Shown piece after piece: positions 8,889 through 17,713 of a stretch of 32,000 bases of DNA. Within the stretch, counting starts at the first letter, position 1. Every line of letters starts with the position of its first letter. The position numbers and the translations under genes were made by a program. The stretch comes from Phycisphaera mikurensis NBRC 102666 (GTDB taxonomy: Bacteria > Planctomycetota > Phycisphaerae > Phycisphaerales > Phycisphaeraceae): NCBI RefSeq assembly GCF_000284115.1, contig NC_017080.1, forward strand, positions 2,820,001-2,852,000, in the 5' to 3' direction. A model generated the notes under the pieces. The model ran no database searches, was not told where the DNA came from, and saw only the letters and a list, made by a program, of their open reading frames with translations.

Positions 8889-9842
8889 CTACCCCGGGGC
8901 CGCCGCCTCGGCCGGGAGCAGCTCGGCCGCCCGCTGCTCGATCAGCGTGAAGACGGCGGCGGGTTCGACCAGGTGACGCTTGCCGCGGCGGAGGGTGCGG
9001 GCGAGGCGGTCGAGGAAGGTGAGGTAGGCGTCGAAGGTGAGCCGGCGGCGGGGTTGGCGGAAGGGTCGATCAGGTCCGCTCGGCGGCGCCGGCTCCTGCG
9101 GGCCCCAGTGCAGCGGGGTGAGCCAGCGGCGGGTGCGGCGGATCCGGCGGCGGCGGCAGGGTTCGTCGCCCTCAGCCGGGGGATGGCAGCGGTGCGGCGC
9201 CTCGTCGTGTAGACGCACCTCCAGAGAGGTGTGGGTGCCGGCATGCGGGTGACGGCCGATGCCGGCGGCGAAAGGATTCAGTTCGATGTAGGCCTGCACG
9301 GCCAGCTCGGCGGACTCGTCGGCGGCGGCGAAGCTCTTGAAGCGGCCCTGCCAGAAGCAGCCGCTGCTTTTCGTCGTTCGGTTGTGCCACTCGGCCACGT
9401 GCTGTTTCAGGTCCTTCACAAAGCTGCTGAGGCTGCACAGCTTCGCCCGCGTGGCGGCGACCCATGCGGCGTCGGCGGCGTGTTCGCGGACGCGGGCGGC
9501 CCGAGCCTCGGCCGACTCGCCGCGGTGCCGCCAGCCCGGGTGGAGTCGGAGCCACCGCTCGGCCACTCCTTCTTCGCTCCAACGCGCCGCCTCCGCCTCG
9601 ATCATCCTCGCCTGGAGGTGGAAGTGGTTGCCCATGAACGCGGCGGCGGTCAGCTCGACGGCATAAACCGCGGCGAGATCCCGCAGCCGGTCGCTGCTCA
9701 CCTGCCGCAGGCTGCGGAGCCCGCTCTCCGGCGGCTCGTCCTCGCCGCCGAGCAGCCGCAGCCCGTGCGCAACCCGTGAGGTGACGTGCCGCGAGAAGCA
9801 GCCTCCTACTCGCTCTTGATGCTCCCGGGTGCGGCGTGCCAC
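8889..9842 (-). CDS. REP-associated tyrosine transposase (RAYT)/IS200-like Y1 transposase-family protein
   Basis: MARRTREHQERVGGCFSRHVTSRVAHG..., HUH motif in AAAFMGNHFHLQ, SGCFWQGRFKS and AYIELNPFAAGI; GTG start. Confidence 0.82.
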   Translation of the reverse strand: MARRTREHQERVGGCFSRHVTSRVAHGLRLLGGEDEPPESGLRSLRQVSSDRLRDLAAVYAVELTAAAFMGNHFHLQARMIEAEAARWSEEGVAERWLRLHPGWRHRGESAEARAARVREHAADAAWVAATRAKLCSLSSFVKDLKQHVAEWHNRTTKSSGCFWQGRFKSFAAADESAELAVQAYIELNPFAAGIGRHPHAGTHTSLEVRLHDEAPHRCHPPAEGDEPCRRRRIRRTRRWLTPLHWGPQEPAPPSGPDRPFRQPRRRLTFDAYLTFLDRLARTLRRGKRHLVEPAAVFTLIEQRAAELLPAEAAAPG

Positions 9843-9924
9843 CGCCGCACCCTACCAAACAGAAACCGTTCTGTCTAGCCAGCCTTTCGAGTGGGAGCGG
9901 TACGACCTTGGGCGAACCGCTGGG

Positions 9925-9987
9925 AACCGCTGGGGCCAGACCTGCTTCTGAAGGCGGCCGATCCCGACCCGCCGATGCTCCGAGGCC
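9925..9987. repeat. Right RAYT-flanking direct repeat
   Basis: AACCGCTGGGGCCAGACCTGCTTCTGAAGGCGGCCGATCCCGACCCGCCGATGCTCCGAGGCC; near-copy of 8664-8727. Confidence 0.75.
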
Positions 9988-10032
9988 GGTCCTGAATGTG
10001 CCCAACCCCTTCGCCGGATCTACCGTGTCGGG

Positions 10033-11331
10033 ATGCTCGCCCGTCTGCGTCGGAGGTCTGTCGCCACGCTCGCCCTCGTCGTCGCCTCGAACGCGGCCGC
10101 GGGCTCGCCCCCGCCGCCCACGGCAGGCCCGCCGCCGCAGCCGCGCTTCTCGCTGGAGTGGCAGTGGTCGCGGATGGCCGAGGCGGAGGGACGCTTCAAC
10201 CTGGAGCGGTCGGCGGGCGACCAGAACACCAGCGTGGAGGTCGCCCGCTTCAGCGATGACGGGCGGCGGATCGTCACCGGAGCGAAGCTCGACAACTCGG
10301 TCCGCGTGTTCGACCTGGACGGCAAGCAGCTGTGGATCGCGCACCACGAGGCGGAGATCGAGCGGGCGGACTTCTGCGCCGGCGACCGCTTCGTCCTGAG
10401 CGGGGCCGAGGACGGAGCGGTCCGCGTGTTCGACGCGGACTCGGGCGAGCAGCGGGCGGAGCTGCCGCACGGGGCGGGCATTGACGCGATGGTCGTGAGC
10501 CCCGACGGGCGCCTGCTGGTCGTGGGAACCGAGAGGCGGACGGAGGTCGACGAGCCCGACGCCGCCCGTGACGAGCGGGCCCGGGAGGCCGACCCGGGGA
10601 TCTACACCACCGGCGACCTCGGCCGCGGCGAGGGCCTGTCGGTCTGGGCGATCGACGACCCGGACCCGTCCGCCTGGAGCCACCTCCTGTTCGTGGGGGC
10701 CGACGCGGAGACGATCGCCGACGTCAACGGGATCGACTTCACCGCCGACGGCTCGCTGCTCGTGGCGGCGTTCCGCGACGGGAAGGTGCGGGCCTACCGG
10801 GTGAACGTCGCCGAGGAGGGCGGCCGCGTGTCCGGGGCGTCGCTCACGCTGGAGCGCATCTTCGACTTCTCGCCGGGCTCGGCGAAGATCGCGCAGATCG
10901 CCGAGCCCGGCGGCGGCCTGCCCCGCCTGGTCGCGGCCGGGCAGAACGGCCGGATCGGGCCGCGGGTGTGGGACCTGGACAGCGGCGAGCAACTCGCCGA
11001 GCTGCCCGATTTCAGCCGCACGAACGACCCGCTGGCCTTCTCGCCGGACGGCCGCTTTTTGGTGGTCGGCGGCAACGAGGGCAAGACGCTAAACGACGGG
11101 CGGGACCGAGCGGGCCGCTACCTGGACCGCGGCGGCATGAGCCGCATCAGCGTCTACGCGGTGGAGGACCTGCTCGCCCTGGGCGACCGAACGCAGCCGT
11201 GCACCGTGATCGACGGGGTCTTCCGCCTGGAGTTCTGCGCGTTCAACGCGGAGGGCTCGATGCTGACGACCGGGCACGAGGACGGGAGCGTTCAGCTCTG
11301 GGAGGTCCGCCGGGCCGGCGAATCCCGCTGA
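10033..11331 (+). CDS. Secreted WD40-repeat protein
   Basis: Signal-like N-terminus, then ARFSDDGRRIVTGAKLDNSVRVFDLDG, VLSGAEDGAVRVFDADSGE, LVAAGQNGRIGPRVWDLDSGE, MLTTGHEDGSVQLWEVR. Confidence 0.82.
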   Translation: MLARLRRRSVATLALVVASNAAAGSPPPPTAGPPPQPRFSLEWQWSRMAEAEGRFNLERSAGDQNTSVEVARFSDDGRRIVTGAKLDNSVRVFDLDGKQLWIAHHEAEIERADFCAGDRFVLSGAEDGAVRVFDADSGEQRAELPHGAGIDAMVVSPDGRLLVVGTERRTEVDEPDAARDERAREADPGIYTTGDLGRGEGLSVWAIDDPDPSAWSHLLFVGADAETIADVNGIDFTADGSLLVAAFRDGKVRAYRVNVAEEGGRVSGASLTLERIFDFSPGSAKIAQIAEPGGGLPRLVAAGQNGRIGPRVWDLDSGEQLAELPDFSRTNDPLAFSPDGRFLVVGGNEGKTLNDGRDRAGRYLDRGGMSRISVYAVEDLLALGDRTQPCTVIDGVFRLEFCAFNAEGSMLTTGHEDGSVQLWEVRRAGESR

Positions 11332-11407
11332 TCCGCCCGCCGCGGCCGATCCCGGAGCGGCGCGCTCCGCCGACGCGAGCGGGGAAGCCCCGCCCGCCGC
11401 CCGGCCG

Positions 11408-11460
11408 GAGCCGCTGGGGTGCCGCTGGGAACCGACCGACTCCTGATCCGGCGGCTCCGG
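11408..11460. repeat. Possible third, degenerate RAYT-associated repeat
   Basis: GGAGCCGCTGGGGTGCCGCTGGGAACCGACCGACTCCTGATCCGGCGGCTCCGG shares CCGCTGGGG / CCGCTGGGAACCG and the CTNCTGA..GGCGGC order with the 9.9-kb repeat. Confidence 0.45.
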
Positions 11461-11575
11461 GCACGCTGCGCAGCAGGCGGGCGCAGCGTGCCCGGCACAC
11501 GCCGCGTGCCGTGTGCCGCGGGGGCCGCTCGCGTCCGATCTGCGCTGAAGCTGGCCGCCGGGATCTCCGTCCGGC

Positions 11576-11845
11576 TCACCGGCCGAGGTAGCTCTTCACG
11601 TGGGCGGCTTTCTGCTTGAGCGCACGGGCGTGCAGCTCGCTGTGCTCGAGGAACTTGCCGATGACGCGGGCCTGAGCGTCGAACTCCGCCTGAAACTTCG
11701 CCTGCTCCTGGTCGTGCCAGCTGCCCTCCAGCCGCCGCATCCGCCCCTTGAGCTGCTGCATCAGCGACGCCATCTCCTGGTTGAACCGGGAGAGGTTGCG
11801 GGCGAAGTCTTCGAGTTCCTGGGGATCGACGTTGGCTTTGGCCAT
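11576..11845 (-). CDS. WXG100/ESAT-6-like small helical protein
   Basis: MAKANVDPQELEDFARNLSRFNQEMASLMQQLKGRMRRLEGSWHDQEQAKFQAEFDAQARVIGKFLEHSELHARALKQKAAHVKSYLGR: helix, central W-x-D turn, helix. Confidence 0.6.
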   Translation of the reverse strand: MAKANVDPQELEDFARNLSRFNQEMASLMQQLKGRMRRLEGSWHDQEQAKFQAEFDAQARVIGKFLEHSELHARALKQKAAHVKSYLGR

Positions 11846-11977
11846 CCGGCGACGATAGATCGGGGGGAAGAGGCAGAGGAAGAGGAGCAAGCGAAGAAGC
11901 GAAGAAGTTTGGAAGCGGAGAAGTCAGGCAGGAGGCAGCGAGCGGTCGGCCAAGCCCCCCCGCCCCTGCTGAGTCCC

Positions 11978-12160
11978 CCGCTCCCCCACTCCCCCGCTCC
12001 CCCACTTCCCGACTTCCCCACTTCCCCACTTCCCCACTTCTTCGCTTCTTCGCTTCTTCACTTCTTCGCTTCTTCGCTTCTTCGCTTCTCCACTTCTTCG
12101 CTTCTTCACTTCTTCGCTTCTTCACTTCTTCGCTTCCCCGCTTCTTCCCCCCGCTTCTCC
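11978..12160. repeat. Octanucleotide tandem array [A/G]CTTC[T/C][T/C]C, with inverted-orientation copies at ~11887-11925
   Basis: Runs such as ACTTCTTC GCTTCTTC GCTTCTTC ACTTCTTC with 8-nt periodicity; GCGAAGAA GCGAAGAA GTTTGGAA GCGGAGAA in the opposite orientation upstream. Confidence 0.85.
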
Positions 12161-12166
12161 GCCGCG

Positions 12167-13729
<1,563 letters not shown>

Positions 13730-13828
13730 GGAGTGCCTCCTCGTGCGGAGTCCTCGCGTGCGGGAAGGGTCACTTCAGGCACGGGGAGCCGAGAGAGTAG
13801 CGCACCGTGCTCCGGGGCCCACGCGAGG

Positions 13829-14437
13829 TCACCCCACCGCCGCCCGCAGCCGCCGGCAGCCGTCGCAGCTCCCGCACGGAGCCGGTCCGCGGAAGGCGCA
13901 AGCCCAGGCCAGGCCCGGATCGACCGAGGCCCGCCGCCCCAGCGCCATCACCTGTTCGAGGTGCAGCTCCACGAGCGGGGTCTCCACCGGCACGGGCTCC
14001 ACCCCGGCGGCCTCCTGCAGGCGGCGGACCAGGAGGCAGGTCTCGTGGGCGGCCAGCCGCGCCGGCACGGCGGCGGTGGCGTCGCCGGCCGCGTCGCCGC
14101 GGGCGGTCGCCCAGATCACCGGGGTGCTCCCGCGCCGGCCCGCCGCCTGGCACGCGGCGAGCAGCAGCTGCGCATCGGCGAGCGGCGGGTGTGCCGCCTC
14201 GCCGCCGGGCCCGCGCTCCGCGCGGAGGTGCACGGCGTGCAGCTCCTCCAGCGTTCCCAGCCCGTAGCGGTCCATCTGCTCGCGGAGGCGCCGCAGACGG
14301 GCGGCGCTGGCGTCGCGGCCGTCGTGCACGAAGAGCAGCCGCGGCATCGGCTTCCGGTCGCGGTGGCGGAGCGCGAGCACCACCAGCGAGGGGAGGTCGC
14401 CGGCGGCGAGCAGGAGCGGACGGGGGGCGGGGGGCAC
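13829..14437 (-). CDS. Degenerate QueC-like / PP-loop superfamily protein
   Basis: N-term RPLLLAAGDLPSLVVLAL in the place of the SGGxDS loop; C-term WACAFRGPAPCGSCDGCRRL like the QueC zinc site. GTG start is inferred. Confidence 0.5.
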   Translation of the reverse strand: MPPAPRPLLLAAGDLPSLVVLALRHRDRKPMPRLLFVHDGRDASAARLRRLREQMDRYGLGTLEELHAVHLRAERGPGGEAAHPPLADAQLLLAACQAAGRRGSTPVIWATARGDAAGDATAAVPARLAAHETCLLVRRLQEAAGVEPVPVETPLVELHLEQVMALGRRASVDPGLAWACAFRGPAPCGSCDGCRRLRAAVG

Positions 14438-14630
14438 GAGCGGGGGTGAGAAAGCCGGCAAGACTAAGCGGCGGCGTCGGCGCAAGCGTCGATCCGCGCA
14501 GCCGCCGGGCCGATCCGGCGGACCCCCGAATCCTCCCCCCGCTCCTTCGCCTGCCCGCGGACGCCGAAGACGCTCCCCCCAACCACTACCCTCCCGCCCC
14601 GCAGCCATCCGCCCTCGCGCGACCCCGCTT

Positions 14631-15425
14631 ATGCCCCTGCTCATCCTCCAACACGACGAAGCCGAGCACGCCGGTCGGCTGGGCGACATCCTCTCGGACC
14701 TGGGCCACCGGCTGGAGGTGCGCGAGCTGTTCGGCGGCGATGCCGTGCCCGGCGACCTCGACGGGATCGACGGCGTGATCTCGCTGGGTGGGGCGTACAA
14801 CGCCTTCCGCGATGCGGAGGACGCGGCCAGCGGCGAGCAGGAGCCGTCCTGGCTGCAGCCGGAGAAGGACCTGCTCCGCGCCGCCCACGAGGCGGAGGTC
14901 CCGGTGCTGGGGATCTGCCTCGGCGCCCAGCTGCTGGCCGTTGCACTCGGCGGCGAGGTCGGCCCGCTGGAGGCGGAGCACGCGCCGGAGGTCGGCTTCC
15001 AGAAGGTCACCTCCACCTTCTTTGGCAGCACCGATCCGCTGCTGGTGGGGCTTCCCTGGGCGAGCCACCCCTTCCACCTGCACGGGCAGCAGGTCACCAA
15101 GGCCCCGCCCGGCGGCACGCCGATCCCGCTGCAGGGCAGCCGAGCCTGCAAGGTGCAGGCCTTCAGAAGCGGGCTGACCAGCTACGGCATCCAGTACCAC
15201 TTCGAGTGGACGCGGAAGATGATGGTCGACGTGCTCGACGCGAACCAGGCAGAGCTCACCGAAGCCGGCGTCGACCTCGCCGCCGTTAAGGCCTCTTTCG
15301 ACGATCACTACCCGCTCAGCCGCCACCTCGGCGACCGGCTCTGCCAGAACCTCGCGAAGCTGCTCTTCCCGATCGACAAGCGGCTCCCGCCGGTGGGCGT
15401 CTCGGTCGAGAACTTCCGGGCGTGA
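14631..15425 (+). CDS. Class I glutamine amidotransferase-like protein
   Basis: VLGICLGAQLLAVALGG (nucleophile elbow), GIQYHFEWT; GMP synthase-like GATase family. Confidence 0.9.
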   Translation: MPLLILQHDEAEHAGRLGDILSDLGHRLEVRELFGGDAVPGDLDGIDGVISLGGAYNAFRDAEDAASGEQEPSWLQPEKDLLRAAHEAEVPVLGICLGAQLLAVALGGEVGPLEAEHAPEVGFQKVTSTFFGSTDPLLVGLPWASHPFHLHGQQVTKAPPGGTPIPLQGSRACKVQAFRSGLTSYGIQYHFEWTRKMMVDVLDANQAELTEAGVDLAAVKASFDDHYPLSRHLGDRLCQNLAKLLFPIDKRLPPVGVSVENFRA

Positions 15426-15458
15426 ATCGGCGGCGAGCGACGCCGCTGGACCGCCTCC

Positions 15459-16427
15459 TCAGCGGCGGCGGCGGGCGAGCAGGAGCGCCCCGGCGGCGGC
15501 GAGCGCCGCGCTGCCGGGCTCGGGCACCGGGGAGGAGCCGAAACCGAAGAAGATGACCCCCTCGTTGATGCCGACGATGTCGTAGGTGCCGTCGGTGAGG
15601 TCGAAGCGGGCGACGCCCCCCAGCCGGACCGTGCCCTCGGGTCCGTCGGGGTTCAGGAAATTGACGTTGCCGAACAGCGCATCGAAGCGGCCGTCCGCGT
15701 CCTCGTCCACCCCGGTGAGGGCCGCGCCGCCGGAGAGTGCCCCGCCGCCGACCCGCCCCGCGGCGCCGAGGGCGCCGACCACCGAAGCCGCTCCCGTGTC
15801 CGCGGCGAAGCGGATGAGGCTGCCGGTGTCCAGGTCCCACCCGTAGAGGTCGTCGCCGACGCTGGCCAGCGAGATGATGAACGCGTCGGGGTCGGTGGCG
15901 CCCGCGGCGGCGAGCGCAGCGTTGACGGCGCCCGCGGACCCGACGAGGCTGGCCGCGCCCGTGGTGGTGTCGATGCCGTAGAGGGCGTCGTCGCTCGTGG
16001 TGAAGGCGAAGGCGCGGCCGTCGCCGAGCACGTCGAAGCCGAAGGCGGAGATGCCCGCGGGCCCGCCCACCGCGGTCGCGTCGCCGTTGGAGGTGTCCAG
16101 CTCCAGCAGCTGGCCGCCGCGGAAGCCCAGCAGCCGGCCGTCGGGCGTGCCGCCCAGGGCCGGCGGCAGGCCGGTGGTCGCGGGCCCGACCGGCGTGGCT
16201 CTGCCGGTGACCGTGTCCACGGCGTAGAGGAAGTTCGACCGCGTGTCGTCGTGGCCCGGCTGCCCGGGCGTGATCGCCGGGTCGCCGGGCTCGAGCAGCT
16301 GGCCGGTGGCGAAGAAGGTCGCGGCGTGGGCGCCGGCGGCGGGCAGCACCGCGAGCGATGCGGCGAGCGCGGCGGCGGCAGGAGCGGCCCGACGGGCGGC
16401 CGCGTGGCGGGGGAGGGTGTTTCTCAT
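15459..16427 (-). CDS. PEP-CTERM sorted secreted protein
   Basis: Signal peptide MRNTLPRHAAARRAAPAAAALAASLAVLPAAGAHA; C-term VPEPGSAALAAAGALLLARRRR. Confidence 0.9.
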   Translation of the reverse strand: MRNTLPRHAAARRAAPAAAALAASLAVLPAAGAHAATFFATGQLLEPGDPAITPGQPGHDDTRSNFLYAVDTVTGRATPVGPATTGLPPALGGTPDGRLLGFRGGQLLELDTSNGDATAVGGPAGISAFGFDVLGDGRAFAFTTSDDALYGIDTTTGAASLVGSAGAVNAALAAAGATDPDAFIISLASVGDDLYGWDLDTGSLIRFAADTGAASVVGALGAAGRVGGGALSGGAALTGVDEDADGRFDALFGNVNFLNPDGPEGTVRLGGVARFDLTDGTYDIVGINEGVIFFGFGSSPVPEPGSAALAAAGALLLARRRR

Positions 16428-16589
16428 GCTTTCAGACGCTTGGTTTCTCCAGCCTCGAACACCCGAGGCGGTCATCACGCGGAATGATAACCAGTTCTCA
16501 TAACCCGTCTCGACCAACCCCGCGTGCAAAAACCCCGCCGCCAGCGCCCCCTCCCCAATCCTCCTGCAACCCCCCGCCCCCTCACCTCC

Positions 16590-16680
16590 CCGCTTCTTCA
16601 CTTCTTCACTTCCCCGCTTCTCCGCTTCTCCGCTTCTCCGCTTCTTCACTTCTTCGCTTCCCCGCTTCTCCGCTTCCCCC
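16590..16680. repeat. Second [A/G]CTTC[T/C][T/C]C octanucleotide array
   Basis: GCTTCTTC ACTTCTTC ACTTCCCC GCTTCTCC GCTTCTCC GCTTCTCC ... GCTTCCCC immediately before ATG 16682. Confidence 0.82.
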
Positions 16681-16681
16681 C

Positions 16682-17665
16682 ATGCCCACCCTCACCCTGC
16701 CCACCCCGCCCCGCTTCGACCTCGCCCGCACCGTCTGCTCGTACGGCTACTTCCTGCTCGCCCCCAACTTCTGGGACCCGGCGGCGGCGACGCTGTCCCG
16801 GCCGCTGAGGCTGCCGGACGGCTCGCCGGTGGACGTGGTCATCTCGCAAGCGACGTCCGCGGACCGTCGGCTCAAGGTGGCGTTGGAGGCCACGGTCCGC
16901 GGATCGGCGCGTGCTCTGGTCCTCGGGCAGGTGGCGCGGATGCTGCGGCTGGACGAAGACGACCGGCCGTGGCGGCGGACGATCCGGCGGGTGGACCCGG
17001 CGCTGGCGCGGGTCGCCATCGGGCGGATGTTCCGCAGCCCGACGCTGTTCGAGGACCTCGTCAAGACGGTCACCAGCTGCAACGTGAACTGGCCGAACAC
17101 GCGGGCCATGAACCGGCGGCTGTGCCTGGGCTTCGGCGGCGGGGCGTTCCCGACCCCGGCACAGCTCGCGGCGGCGAGCGAGGCCCAGCTCCGGGCGCAC
17201 GCCCGCGTCGGCTACCGGGCCGGCCGGATCCGCGAGCTGGCGCGGCGGGTGGCGGATGGCGAGCTGGACCTGGACGCGCTGGACGATCCGCGGCGGCCGA
17301 CCGACGAGCTCTTCGCGTCCTTCGCCGCCCTCCCGGGCATCGGGCCCTACGCCGCCGGCAACCTGTGCCACCTCGTCGGCCGCTACGACCGCCTCGCCAT
17401 CGACACCGAGACGCGCCGGCACTTCTGCCTGCGGCAGGGCGTCGACCGCCCCGCGCCCACCGACGCGGCGGCCAACCGCACGCTGGACCGGCGGATCGCG
17501 GAGCACTACGCCGCGGCCGATCCCTTCGCCTTCAAGTACTTCTGGGCCGAGCTCTGGGCGGATTACCAGCGTCGGAACGGGCCCGCCCACGCGTGGGACC
17601 GGGCGACGACCGGCGCTTCCTTCACCGCCTCGGTGCTCCGGAAGCAGGACGCCGCCGGCGGATAG
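16682..17665 (+). CDS. HhH-GPD family DNA-3-methyladenine glycosylase-like protein
   Basis: MFRSPTLFEDLVKTVTSCNVNWPNTRAMNRRLC... LPGIGPYAAGNLCHLVGRYDRLAIDTETRRH (HhH-GPD). Confidence 0.85.
   Translation: MPTLTLPTPPRFDLARTVCSYGYFLLAPNFWDPAAATLSRPLRLPDGSPVDVVISQATSADRRLKVALEATVRGSARALVLGQVARMLRLDEDDRPWRRTIRRVDPALARVAIGRMFRSPTLFEDLVKTVTSCNVNWPNTRAMNRRLCLGFGGGAFPTPAQLAAASEAQLRAHARVGYRAGRIRELARRVADGELDLDALDDPRRPTDELFASFAALPGIGPYAAGNLCHLVGRYDRLAIDTETRRHFCLRQGVDRPAPTDAAANRTLDRRIAEHYAAADPFAFKYFWAELWADYQRRNGPAHAWDRATTGASFTASVLRKQDAAGG
16857..16902. repeat. 46-nt palindromic element, copy 3 (inside glycosylase ORF)
   Basis: CCGCGGACCG (16857-16866), N26, CGGTCCGCGG (16893-16902). Confidence 0.85.
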
Positions 17666-17713
17666 GCTGCCGCCGCGCCCGCACGCGGCCGTCGCTCCGA
17701 CTCGTTCCCGATC

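Noticed and set aside
8664-9987. Direct repeats considered as insertion-sequence terminal inverted repeats
   Set aside because: The repeats are direct, not inverted, and the enzyme is HUH/Y1-type, which does not use DDE-style inverted termini.
9172-10992. 606-aa minus-strand ORF
   Set aside because: Runs antisense to the WD40 gene and out of frame through the RAYT gene; composition biased.
11978-12160. Repeat array considered as CRISPR or coding repeats (KKRRSEE-like peptides)
   Set aside because: Units are 8 nt with no spacers; period 8 is not a multiple of 3 and the peptide repeats are a by-product of the array.
13883-13892. CGGTCCGCGG core considered as another element
   Set aside because: Expected left arm at 13847-13856 is absent.
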